Shown here: positions 18,938 through 27,338 of the stretch, one piece after another | Numbering within the stretch: the first letter of the stretch is position 1 | Layout of the letters: each line of letters starts with the position of its first letter | Origin: Hyphomicrobiales bacterium | Lineage (GTDB): Bacteria; Pseudomonadota; Alphaproteobacteria; Rhizobiales; JAJFHR01 | Length of the DNA: 37,852 nt | NCBI GenBank assembly: GCA_021775515.1 | Contig: JAJFHR010000411.1 | Location: 1-37,852 of the forward strand | Direction of reading: 5' to 3' | Notes under the pieces: model-generated | What the model was told of the DNA's origin: nothing | Database searches by the model: none | Seen by the model: only the letters and a program-made list of their open reading frames with translations | Translations under genes and position numbers: made by a program

Positions 18938-19132
18938 AGTCAGTTCGGCGTTCGCCTCTTTTAAAAGTTACGGATGTGCATGTGACTATAACCCCGAGAG
19001 ATTTTGATTCGGTATCTAAATGAAAAATTCATTCATCAGGGAATTTAGTTTGACACCGGACATTAAACAGCCTTGCAGCCTCCAACGCTTCTGTTGGAAT
19101 CTTGAATATTTGTTTCGCTAGTGAAACTTATC

Positions 19133-19750
19133 CTATATGACTTTGACTACAGCGCCCATAGGAACGCGAGTATAAAGGTCTTCAACATCTTTATTCAGCA
19201 GCCTGACGCAGCCTGAAGACAGCGCTTTACCAATGCTCCAGGGCTGGTTGGTGCCATGAATGCGATACAATGTATCGACATTTCCCTGGTAAAGATAAAG
19301 CGCTCTGGCGCCAAGCGGGTTTTCCAGTCCGCCCGGCATAGAAACCGGCAATTCCGGTTGACGCCTGCGCATTGCCGCTGGCGGATACCAGGCCGGCCAT
19401 TTCGCTTTGCGCCGGATCACCGCCTTGCCCTTCCATTCGAAGCCGGCGCGCCCAACACCAACACCATATCTAAGTGCCTTCCCATGTTCCTGGACCAAAT
19501 ATAAAAAGCGATTTCCTGTATCAACAATTAGCGAGCCGGGTTTTTCCGGTCCTGAATAATTGACAACCTGTTTTCGATATTTGGGAGCAATATAATTAGA
19601 ACCGCGACGCGTCAGAAAATCCCCTGAACCCATGTCGTCGGTATATTTGTCCGAGAACGGGTCGAATTTAGGTTCTGCCCTGAGGCCGGCAACGGGCATG
19701 GCTGCCACAGAAAGCAAACCTCTAATAAAAATCCGACGGCTTGGTGCCAT
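19133..19750 (-). CDS. L,D-transpeptidase (YkuD domain), Tat-type signal
   Basis: Catalytic HGT....IG...SSGCVRL motif and an SRRIFIRGLL twin-arginine-like signal. GGGAGG lies 6 nt upstream of ATG 19750, so I prefer that start over the 19768 start in the track. Confidence 0.88.
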   Translation of the reverse strand: MAPSRRIFIRGLLSVAAMPVAGLRAEPKFDPFSDKYTDDMGSGDFLTRRGSNYIAPKYRKQVVNYSGPEKPGSLIVDTGNRFLYLVQEHGKALRYGVGVGRAGFEWKGKAVIRRKAKWPAWYPPAAMRRRQPELPVSMPGGLENPLGARALYLYQGNVDTLYRIHGTNQPWSIGKALSSGCVRLLNKDVEDLYTRVPMGAVVKVI

Positions 19751-20198
19751 TTTTTCCTCCCAGATCATTCGATTTACGTCCTACACCTGACGTATAAAAT
19801 GCAGTACACTAATTCAATTAGCTTCACCTCAAGGCTGAGAAATCTGCGTTTTTGTCCGGTATGTTTCAGTATAAAAATAGTTAGGCCATTGTTAGATGAA
19901 ACGCACCTTCCCCCAGTTAATATGCATCTGTTTAATAAAATACATACTCCAGCCACGGGGCATTATGATAGCTTGTAATCTTTTGCTCAGTGCATCACAA
20001 CGCCGTTACCGGGGAATTTCAGGTCATTTTTTTTAAATTAATGCAAAAAAATCACTACGGAGAGGTTTTGTTAATCACGGATACGTTTTGTTGCCTTTAA
20101 TTATGCCATATTATTCACTATCTGCTTTTGTGATCTATTTGTTTCGGAAACGTTACATGCAATACAATTTGGTATCTTTGTTTTTGTGTTCCCTCAGT

Positions 20199-20222
20199 AA
20201 ATTTGAGCATGCGCTCAAATTT
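20199..20222. other. Perfect hairpin/palindrome AAATTTGAGC-atgc-GCTCAAATTT
   Basis: 10-nt arms are exact reverse complements with a 4-nt spacer, about 40 nt left of core copy B. No flanking T-run, so it is not an obvious intrinsic terminator. Confidence 0.6.
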
Positions 20223-20263
20223 CGTTCTGTCCCCCTTCATCTTTATTCGATTTTTATCTGGCA

Positions 20264-20307
20264 GTTGATGTACAAGCCCGGAAGCGTGAACCCTATTACA
20301 AAAGCAA
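20264..20307. repeat. Core repeat copy B (GTTGATGTACAAGCCCGGAAGCGTGAACCCTATTACAAAAGCAA)
   Basis: 39/44 identical to 13196-13239, same orientation, 7,068 bp downstream. Homology to the region right of copy A continues to about 20880 with indels. Confidence 0.85.
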
Positions 20308-20559
20308 TCGACTGAAAAAATTACGGCCCTCAGTATCCCTCCGGCTTGGTAGTGGTTCCCTCGACAGGATCTTTTTTACCGCAGTAATTTTGGTAGAGTT
20401 TTTGTGGCCATACCCCCAAAAACTGCGGCTTTTACTCCTTTTTGGAGGATACATTTCCTACCTCCCCCATAAAAGTAATACCTGCTTGATCCCAAGTAGT
20501 CCTATTATTTTCACCCATGAGAAAATACCAGTCACCGCATAATTGACTTTCATTGTAAC

Positions 20560-20871
20560 GCTTGGAGTATTGTTTGTTTCACATGCTGGGGTGTTGGCAA
20601 ACACTTATGAAAGACAATGAGAAGCCTGAAAACAATACAAATTCAGCCCCGTGCTAAGTTGCAAATTCTGTTTTCGCGTTTTCATTTCGGTATCGTTATT
20701 TCCCCTCTTTGGAGGACCAAAAATTTGTTTTTATGTGATTTCCAGAATATTTAATTTGGACCATTTTATTGCCCCTTCGCGGGTAATTTTCCGCTGCGAT
20801 TTCCCAAATTTCTTTCCCCTTTTGCTATCATTCGCTACACTAATTTTGCCGTGTAGTGTATAAAGCTTTGA
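20560..20871 (-). pseudogene. Decayed paralogue of the MerR-like gene at 13464-13952
   Basis: Collinear DNA anchors tie the two loci: CGGTATCGTT at 13670 and 20688, GAATATTT at 13828 and 20745, and GTTTGTTCACACGCTCG at 13481 against GTTTGTTTCACATGCTGG at 20572. The residual frame ...YTLHGKISVANDSKRGKKFGKSQRKITREGAIKWSKLNILEIT* resembles ...YSPREVEKIASVSAVKQRDLRRRGILASRNTEGHTKYSLPDL. About 100 nt of the middle is missing, and stops follow in every frame. Confidence 0.4.
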
Positions 20872-21036
20872 GGGATAGCGGTGCAGCAGGTTCGACGTAC
20901 AGTTCTGACAATCAACTCGCATCGCGATGGGCAGATTTTTGATACAATTGGTTGATAATTGACAGAAATTCGGATGAATTGGAACTAGCACGGCATTCAC
21001 ATAAAACAACACGTTATGCAAATCAGGGAGAGAACA

Positions 21037-22017
21037 ATGAATATGGCTTTTAAATCGCTTATTGCTGCGGGAGTTCTTATTGGAACCACGATCGGTGCCT
21101 CCGCTGGCTCTAACACCACATGGGATATGCCGACGCCATATCCTGATAAAACGTTCCACACACAGAACATCATACAGTTCGCAAAGGATGTCGCGTCCAG
21201 CACCAAGGGTGAATTAACAATCAAAGTGCATTCGGCCGGGTCGCTTTTTAAGCACAAAGAAATCAAAAATGCGACCCGTAGTGGGCAGGTGCCGATTGGC
21301 GAATTCTATATGGGGCTTCTGGCTAATGAAAATCCAGCGTTTGCCATTGATACCCAGCCCTTCCTCGCCACCAACTATGATGATGCAGCTAAACTTTGGT
21401 CCGCCCAGCGGCCAATCGTCGAAAAACTTCTCGATAAGCAAGGACTGATGGTTCTTTATTCCGTGCCCTGGCCCGGCCAAAGCCTTTATACAAAAAAGCC
21501 GGTTAGTAAAGTTTCCGACCTTGCCGGCCTGAAATTCCGCACTTACAACGCCACTTTGGAAAGATTTGTTAAACACGCTGGCGCGGCACCCACACAGGTC
21601 GAGGTTCCCGATATCGCCCAAGCCTTCTCTACCGGAAGGGTAGAGGCAATGATTACCTCGCCGTCGACAGGCGCTAATTCAAAGGCCTGGGACTTTGTCA
21701 ACATTTACACGGACATTCAGGCCTGGGTGCCGAAAAATGTCGTTGTCGTCAATAAATCGGCATTCCGTAAACTCGACAAGCCCGTTCAAGCGGCGGTTTT
21801 GGAAGCTGCCAAAGCCGCTGAAAAACGCGGGTGGCAGATGAGCATGAAGGAAACCGATGCTAAAGTTGCTATTATGAAGAAAAACGGCATGAAAATTGTC
21901 AAACCCTCCGATGAATTAATGAAGGGCCTGCGTGAAATCGGCACCAAAATGATGGCTGATTGGAAAAAATCTGCTGGCGCTGATGGCGAAATGATACTTT
22001 CGACCTATAATAAGTAG
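21037..22017 (+). CDS. dctP: TRAP transporter substrate-binding protein (DctP family)
   Basis: Signal peptide MNMAFKSLIAAGVLIGTTIGASA plus DctP-type core. GGGAGAG lies upstream of ATG 21037, and dctQ and dctM follow. Confidence 0.9.
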   Translation: MNMAFKSLIAAGVLIGTTIGASAGSNTTWDMPTPYPDKTFHTQNIIQFAKDVASSTKGELTIKVHSAGSLFKHKEIKNATRSGQVPIGEFYMGLLANENPAFAIDTQPFLATNYDDAAKLWSAQRPIVEKLLDKQGLMVLYSVPWPGQSLYTKKPVSKVSDLAGLKFRTYNATLERFVKHAGAAPTQVEVPDIAQAFSTGRVEAMITSPSTGANSKAWDFVNIYTDIQAWVPKNVVVVNKSAFRKLDKPVQAAVLEAAKAAEKRGWQMSMKETDAKVAIMKKNGMKIVKPSDELMKGLREIGTKMMADWKKSAGADGEMILSTYNK

Positions 22018-22073
22018 CAGCTAAAAGGCGGGTGGTCTTGATTGAGGCTGCCCGTTTTTAAAATGAAATCTCA

Positions 22074-22658
22074 TTGGGGGGCGGCGTGCGTAGTTTCTTA
22101 AACCGGCTCTATACCTTGAGCGGTTATATCGGTGCGGGGTTTATCGCTGCAATTTGCGCACTGGTTTTTGCCCAGGTCATTTTAAATGCCATCGATAAAA
22201 TAACCAAGCTGCTGACCGGATCGGCCATCGGCCTCACTATTCCTTCTTATTCTGATTTCACTGGTTTTTTCCTCGCTGCCGCCTCGTTTTTTGCGCTTGC
22301 CTTCACCCTGCGCGAAGGCTCGCATATTCGCGTAACGCTGGTCATTCAACACACCTCCAATCAAATCCGTCACTTCATTGAATTTGTTTGCGTATCCCTA
22401 GCTCTTTCGGTTTCGATATATTTCGCCTGGTTTACCGCCAAGCTTACGTATGAATCTTATGTTTATAACGACCTTTCACCCGGGATAATTGCCCTGCCGA
22501 TCTGGATACCGCAGTTTTCCATGGTACTGGGATTGGCGGTTTTGAGCATAGCTCTCCTTGATGACCTGGTTACGATCTTGCGCGGCGGCAAACCGAGTTA
22601 CTTCGACAAAGGCGAAAACCTGCTTGAAGGCAGGGAGCCTGGAAGTTTTCCGGAGTAA
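22074..22658 (+). CDS. dctQ: TRAP transporter small permease (DctQ family)
   Basis: About 190 aa with four hydrophobic spans, positioned between dctP and dctM. Start is uncertain (TTG 22074 or GTG 22086). Confidence 0.85.
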   Translation: MGGGVRSFLNRLYTLSGYIGAGFIAAICALVFAQVILNAIDKITKLLTGSAIGLTIPSYSDFTGFFLAAASFFALAFTLREGSHIRVTLVIQHTSNQIRHFIEFVCVSLALSVSIYFAWFTAKLTYESYVYNDLSPGIIALPIWIPQFSMVLGLAVLSIALLDDLVTILRGGKPSYFDKGENLLEGREPGSFPE

Positions 22659-22666
22659 TCCCTTAT

Positions 22667-23968
22667 ATGTCTGAGATTTACTTAACCTTATTCCTGCTGA
22701 TCATTTTGTTTGTCCTCCTGGGCAGCGGAGTATGGGTCGCTTTTTCTTTTATGATCGTCGGCATGGTGGGCATGGCTTTGTTTTCCACCGCTCCCCTGGG
22801 CCAGGTATTGGCCACAACGGTTTGGGGGGCAAGCAATTCCTGGGCACTCGCAGCCTTGCCACTCTTCATCTGGATGGGAGAAATTCTGTTTAGATCACGC
22901 CTGTCTCAGGATATGTTCACCGGACTTTCTCCCTGGATGAACCGCATTCCCGGCCGGCTGCTGCACGTCAATATTCTCGGCTGCGGCATCTTTGCCGCCG
23001 TCTCCGGGTCTTCTGCCGCTACTGCGGCCACCATCGGCAAAATGTCGATACCCGAACTTACCAAACGCGGTTATCCGGAGCATTTAATTCTCGGCACCTT
23101 AGCTGGCTCGGCAACTTTGGGGCTGCTCATCCCGCCCTCAATTATTCTTATCGTTTATGGGGTTGCCACCGAGCAATCCATCGCTCGGCTGTTCATCGCG
23201 GGAGTTCTGCCCGGCGTCCTCCTGGTCGTTCTTTTCATTGGCTACGTTGTCCTCTGGTCGGTGCTGAACCGCGACAAGATACCGCCCAGAGACGCCCATA
23301 TTTCTCTTCTGGAAAAACTCAAACATGCACGGCGCCTGATCCCAGTTGTCCTGTTGATTGGCGGCATTATCGGTTCCATCTATGCGGGTATTGCCTCACC
23401 GACGGATGCTGCCGCCGTCGGGGTTGTTCTAGCCCTAGTTTTATCCTGGTATACCGACAGTCTTAATCGTCAGACGTTTCTAGACGGTCTCATCGGTGCG
23501 ACAAAAACCTCCACCATGATTGCCTTCATCCTGGCCGGGGCAGCTTTCCTCACGGTATCCATGGGCTTTACCGGAATTCCAAAATTATTGGCGCAATGGA
23601 TCGGGTCTTTTGGACTTTCACAAATTGCCCTGCTTGGCGCACTGACAATTTTTTTCATTATCCTGGGCTGCTTTCTCGACGGTATTTCCGTTGTTGTCCT
23701 CACAACATCGGTTATTCTTCCGATGGTTGAACAAGCTGGCATCGATCCACTGTGGTTTGGTATTTATATTGTTATTGTCGTGGAAATGTCCCAGATAACG
23801 CCGCCGGTTGGCTTTAATCTTTTTGTTATTCAATCCCTCACCGGTCGAAATATTCTTCAGGTCGCCCGTGCTGCCACACCTTTTTTCCTGCTGCTCATTC
23901 TAGCGCTTGTCCTGATAATTGCCTTTCCCAAAATTGTTACCCTAATGCCTAACCTGATGGGTGGCTGA
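22667..23968 (+). CDS. dctM: TRAP transporter large permease (DctM family)
   Basis: 433-aa polytopic protein with GSSAATAATIG and LIPPSI DctM signatures. Confidence 0.93.
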   Translation: MSEIYLTLFLLIILFVLLGSGVWVAFSFMIVGMVGMALFSTAPLGQVLATTVWGASNSWALAALPLFIWMGEILFRSRLSQDMFTGLSPWMNRIPGRLLHVNILGCGIFAAVSGSSAATAATIGKMSIPELTKRGYPEHLILGTLAGSATLGLLIPPSIILIVYGVATEQSIARLFIAGVLPGVLLVVLFIGYVVLWSVLNRDKIPPRDAHISLLEKLKHARRLIPVVLLIGGIIGSIYAGIASPTDAAAVGVVLALVLSWYTDSLNRQTFLDGLIGATKTSTMIAFILAGAAFLTVSMGFTGIPKLLAQWIGSFGLSQIALLGALTIFFIILGCFLDGISVVVLTTSVILPMVEQAGIDPLWFGIYIVIVVEMSQITPPVGFNLFVIQSLTGRNILQVARAATPFFLLLILALVLIIAFPKIVTLMPNLMGG

Positions 23969-23982
23969 TATGCCGGGGTTAA

Positions 23983-24330
23983 CTATTGGCAATGTATCGC
24001 TAGCGAATCTTCCGGCACCCCGTCCCGGTCCGACATTCCATAATCCCGGATAACACCGGCAATGCGAAGCCGGTAATCGGCAAAAATTTTCTTTCTGCCC
24101 TTTGTCTGCGCTCGTCGATGGGTTTCAAGGTTGCGCCATTCTTCAATCGCACCTTCGTCCCGCCAAATTGAAAGTGAAAGAATTTTCCCCGCCTCAGTCA
24201 GGCTTTCATATCTTTCAATCGAGATGAAACCATCAATCTCTTGCAGCAATGGCCGCAACTCTCCAGCCAGGTCAAAATATTCCTGCCGGTGATCCTGGTG
24301 CAACCAGACTTCAAATATTACAGCTATCAT
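23983..24330 (-). CDS. Antibiotic-biosynthesis-monooxygenase (ABM) domain protein
   Basis: 115 aa; ferredoxin-like ABM pattern (IAVIFEV......EYF.....LRP....[10 protein letters not shown]......ILSLS.W.DE.AI..WR....H). Confidence 0.75.
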   Translation of the reverse strand: MIAVIFEVWLHQDHRQEYFDLAGELRPLLQEIDGFISIERYESLTEAGKILSLSIWRDEGAIEEWRNLETHRRAQTKGRKKIFADYRLRIAGVIRDYGMSDRDGVPEDSLAIHCQ

Positions 24331-24662
24331 AATCGTTTAACCTCTCCATGGGGTGCCGAAGCCAGTTTTAAAAACAGCCGATCCTCTTTCAGGATAAATT
24401 TTTCCCGCTGGGCAAATTGGTAGTTGGCATGACCATCGGCGTCTGCGGCCAAACGTACGCGATAGGCCTCATAGTCTGCAAGACTATCAATATTGTATAC
24501 TCCATAAGCAATCGTGCTCGAACCTTCATGAGGAGCAAAATATCCGATCAGATCAACGCCGCACAGCGGAATTATCTGACCCCAATTTTGTGCATACTGG
24601 GCAAATTCAGACCTTTTGTAGGGGTCAATTTGATAGCGAATAAAACAGGTAATTGTCATCAA
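24327..24662 (-). CDS. NIPSNAP family protein
   Basis: [64 protein letters not shown] matches the bacterial NIPSNAP family from memory. 4-nt overlap with the ABM gene. Confidence 0.78.
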   Translation of the reverse strand: MMTITCFIRYQIDPYKRSEFAQYAQNWGQIIPLCGVDLIGYFAPHEGSSTIAYGVYNIDSLADYEAYRVRLAADADGHANYQFAQREKFILKEDRLFLKLASAPHGEVKRL

Positions 24663-24739
24663 GGTTTTCTCCGGTAAAAATCACGACAGCAAAAACATAT
24701 AACATTGACCCTCTTTTATGCTTCGATTATGATCGAACT

Positions 24740-25417
24740 ATGAAAGAGGGTCCTGACATAGCTCTAATCGGCTCATTAATTGGCGATCCGGCGCGGGCAA
24801 ATATGCTGACAGCTTTAATGAGCGGCCAGGCGCTAACAGCAAGCGAGTTGGCAGTTGAGGCAGGCATCACCGGTCAAACCGCAAGTTCACATCTCGGCAA
24901 ACTTGAAAATGGCGGCCTTATTATCCAACGCAAACAGGGACGGCATCGTTATTTCACCTTGGCGGATGAAGAAGTTGGTTCTGTTTTAGAGAGCATAATG
25001 GGGCTTGCCTCCCGGCGCGGACATTCACGTGTGCGAACCGGGCCCAAGGACCCGGCGCTGCGTAAGGCGCGGGTATGTTACAACCACCTCGCTGGTGAGT
25101 TGGGTGTGTATATGTTTGAAAGCCTGATAAAAAAAGGATTGATAGCTGAAGACGATGGCGCGGTATCGATAACTAAAAAGGGGCGCCTTTTCATCTCCCG
25201 CCTGGGCATAGATGTCACTGGTCTCGAGCAATCACGCCGGCCACTTTGCCGTCCCTGCCTTGACTGGAGCGCCCGACGCAGTCACCTGGCGGGATCACTG
25301 GGATCGGCATTTTTAGATCGCTTTTATGAGTTGCACTGGGCTAAACGAGACAAGGATACCCGGGCCGTGCTTTTCACTCCGGGTGGCGAGAAAAAATTCT
25401 TTTCAACATTTTCCTGA
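24740..25417 (+). CDS. ArsR-family HTH transcriptional regulator with extended C-terminal domain
   Basis: LIGDPARANMLTALMSGQALTASELAVEAGITGQTASSHLGKLENGGLI is an ArsR/SmtB winged HTH. ATG 24740 is preferred because the track start at 24653 would overlap the divergent NIPSNAP start. Confidence 0.85.
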   Translation: MKEGPDIALIGSLIGDPARANMLTALMSGQALTASELAVEAGITGQTASSHLGKLENGGLIIQRKQGRHRYFTLADEEVGSVLESIMGLASRRGHSRVRTGPKDPALRKARVCYNHLAGELGVYMFESLIKKGLIAEDDGAVSITKKGRLFISRLGIDVTGLEQSRRPLCRPCLDWSARRSHLAGSLGSAFLDRFYELHWAKRDKDTRAVLFTPGGEKKFFSTFS

Positions 25418-25452
25418 AGGCCGCTACTCCTCACGCGGTATATCGTTATCTA

Positions 25453-27216
25453 TCACGATCTGTCAGGCTTTAGAATTTCCAACAGCGGTCCTAAATGTTT
25501 TTCATATTTGCGCCACAGACCGACCGAGCTTTTATAGATGGGCTTGCGAACCTGTTCACTACTGGCAGTTTTAACCGGGCGGGTATTTTCGTAAAACCGT
25601 AGACATTTTTCATCAAACGATAACCCGCAGCACTCCAGAATCCGTCTGACTTCGGTCTCTGTTTCCTCGGTTATTTTTTCATAATCTACATCAATGATGC
25701 GCCCTGGAGCTACAGTTTGCCAGTGGTCCATCAAGCGCTGATATTGCAGGTAAAAATTCCCCAGCTCAGCGAGATCGAAGGAATATTCAACACCGGATCG
25801 AAAAAGCAGTTTGTAGCAGGATAAACAGGTATCTATCGCATCACGGCGGCAATGAATAATCTTTGCGTTGGGCAGCGCGGCCAGAATAAGACCAATATAC
25901 ATAAAGTTGCCAGGCGCTTTATCGGTGACAAACGAATTGCTGCCGCAAAATTTTTGCAGCTGCGCCATATACAACCTTTCAGTCTCGGCAAGAATGAATA
26001 AGGTGGCATTTTTAAACCCCTGGGGAAATTTATTAGCAACTGCAATATTTTGCAGATACGGCAATTCGCCGGCACCGACCACTTCTGGATGGCTGGAAAT
26101 TATTTGTTCTATCAACGTCGTGCCGGATCGCGGCATCCCGAGAATGAAAACCGGGGTATGTTGACTTTCGGGAGAATTCTTATGCTGGCGAAAAAACTCC
26201 GCATTGAAAGTATCGATTATCTGATCAACATATCTGACCAGTCCCGCCTCTTTATATGAAATTGTTTGGCGCTTTTGAGCCGCTGCCTGGCGCATCGCTG
26301 AAAACGCCTTGTCGAAATCCCCGATATCTTCATAAGCCTTGGCCAGAGCAAACCCGAAAAAATAGCGCTCTGTATCTGCGATTTCCCCAGCCGCCGCTTT
26401 CTCAAGTTCCACAAGATCACGATCACCCTCTGTAAAACGTTTTAAATGGCTCAAATTGAAATATGCAGCACCATAATCCTTCCGTAGTTCAATCGCCCGT
26501 CTCAGGTGCTTGATTGCTTCTTCCGACCGGCCTAATTCGGGCAACAGATATCCAAGCTCGTTGTGAACCTCCTCATCATCAGGGCTGATATCAAGAATTT
26601 TCTTTAACTCCTGAATAGCCTGTTCCGTATCCCCCAGTTCATTCTTGGCGGCGGCGGCAATAAAGCGGGCATCCCCATGAGCGGGGTTGATGTTCAATGC
26701 CTCCTGTGCAGCGGAATGGGCCTTTTCAAAATTACCTGATTTTTTATGTACCAAACTTAGCCCGTACCAGGCATCCGCCTCTTTGCGATTTAGGTGAAGT
26801 GCTTTGTTAAAAGATTTTGTAGCGGCTTTTAATTTGTTCTGCTCAACCAGAACATTACCCAGCGTTACGTGGTTCTTAGGCTCCAGCGAGTTGATTTTTG
26901 TCGTTCTATAAAACGCTTTTTCCGCGGTTTCCAAATCGCCTTTTTCACGCGCAATAAGACCAAGGTTATAGGCTACCCCAACATTTCGGGGCTCCCGGCT
27001 AAAAACCTCCTTGAGGTGCTCTAATGCTTCGTCAACCGAACCGGTTTGATAAAGTGCAATTGCATAGGGAAATAAGAGGTTCGTATCGCCTGGATGTTTT
27101 ATTAGCAGTTCTTTAAAGATGCCTAATGCGATCTCAGGCCGCCCGTTTTCCAAGGCGTTTACCGCCTGTTGAAACGCTGCATCGTCATTGGCTTTGCCAG
27201 CAGTATTGGAAATCAC
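25453..27216 (-). CDS. TPR-repeat protein fused to a sulfotransferase domain
   Basis: The N-terminal ~300 aa carry tandem TPR-like 34-mers (A..Y.LG......G....A). The C-terminal half has the PAPS 5'-phosphosulfate loop GMPRSGTTL and the RRD..D.C.S region of sulfotransferases. Confidence 0.85.
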   Translation of the reverse strand: MISNTAGKANDDAAFQQAVNALENGRPEIALGIFKELLIKHPGDTNLLFPYAIALYQTGSVDEALEHLKEVFSREPRNVGVAYNLGLIAREKGDLETAEKAFYRTTKINSLEPKNHVTLGNVLVEQNKLKAATKSFNKALHLNRKEADAWYGLSLVHKKSGNFEKAHSAAQEALNINPAHGDARFIAAAAKNELGDTEQAIQELKKILDISPDDEEVHNELGYLLPELGRSEEAIKHLRRAIELRKDYGAAYFNLSHLKRFTEGDRDLVELEKAAAGEIADTERYFFGFALAKAYEDIGDFDKAFSAMRQAAAQKRQTISYKEAGLVRYVDQIIDTFNAEFFRQHKNSPESQHTPVFILGMPRSGTTLIEQIISSHPEVVGAGELPYLQNIAVANKFPQGFKNATLFILAETERLYMAQLQKFCGSNSFVTDKAPGNFMYIGLILAALPNAKIIHCRRDAIDTCLSCYKLLFRSGVEYSFDLAELGNFYLQYQRLMDHWQTVAPGRIIDVDYEKITEETETEVRRILECCGLSFDEKCLRFYENTRPVKTASSEQVRKPIYKSSVGLWRKYEKHLGPLLEILKPDRS

Positions 27217-27338
27217 CTCAAATCCTCATTACTCGATTACATTCAGCGAAACGATCAGTGGATTGAGGAATACGATTATTTCTCCATCAAGAAAACAGAT
27301 AATTGATGGCCAAGGAAAATTCAGCCCAAACTATCGCT

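Noticed and set aside
20088-20315. 75-aa TTG-initiated ORF crossing core copy B, and a roughly 100-codon start-less open frame from 20207 to 20547
   Set aside because: They have no RBS and either no ATG/GTG/TTG start or an implausible hydrophobic sequence. The equivalent frames in copy A are interrupted by stops, so the conservation is not protein-coding.
24653-24739. Upstream start of the ArsR ORF as listed in the track
   Set aside because: That start would overlap the divergent NIPSNAP start codon, and the extension ([22 protein letters not shown]...) precedes the conserved HTH. ATG 24740 was used instead.
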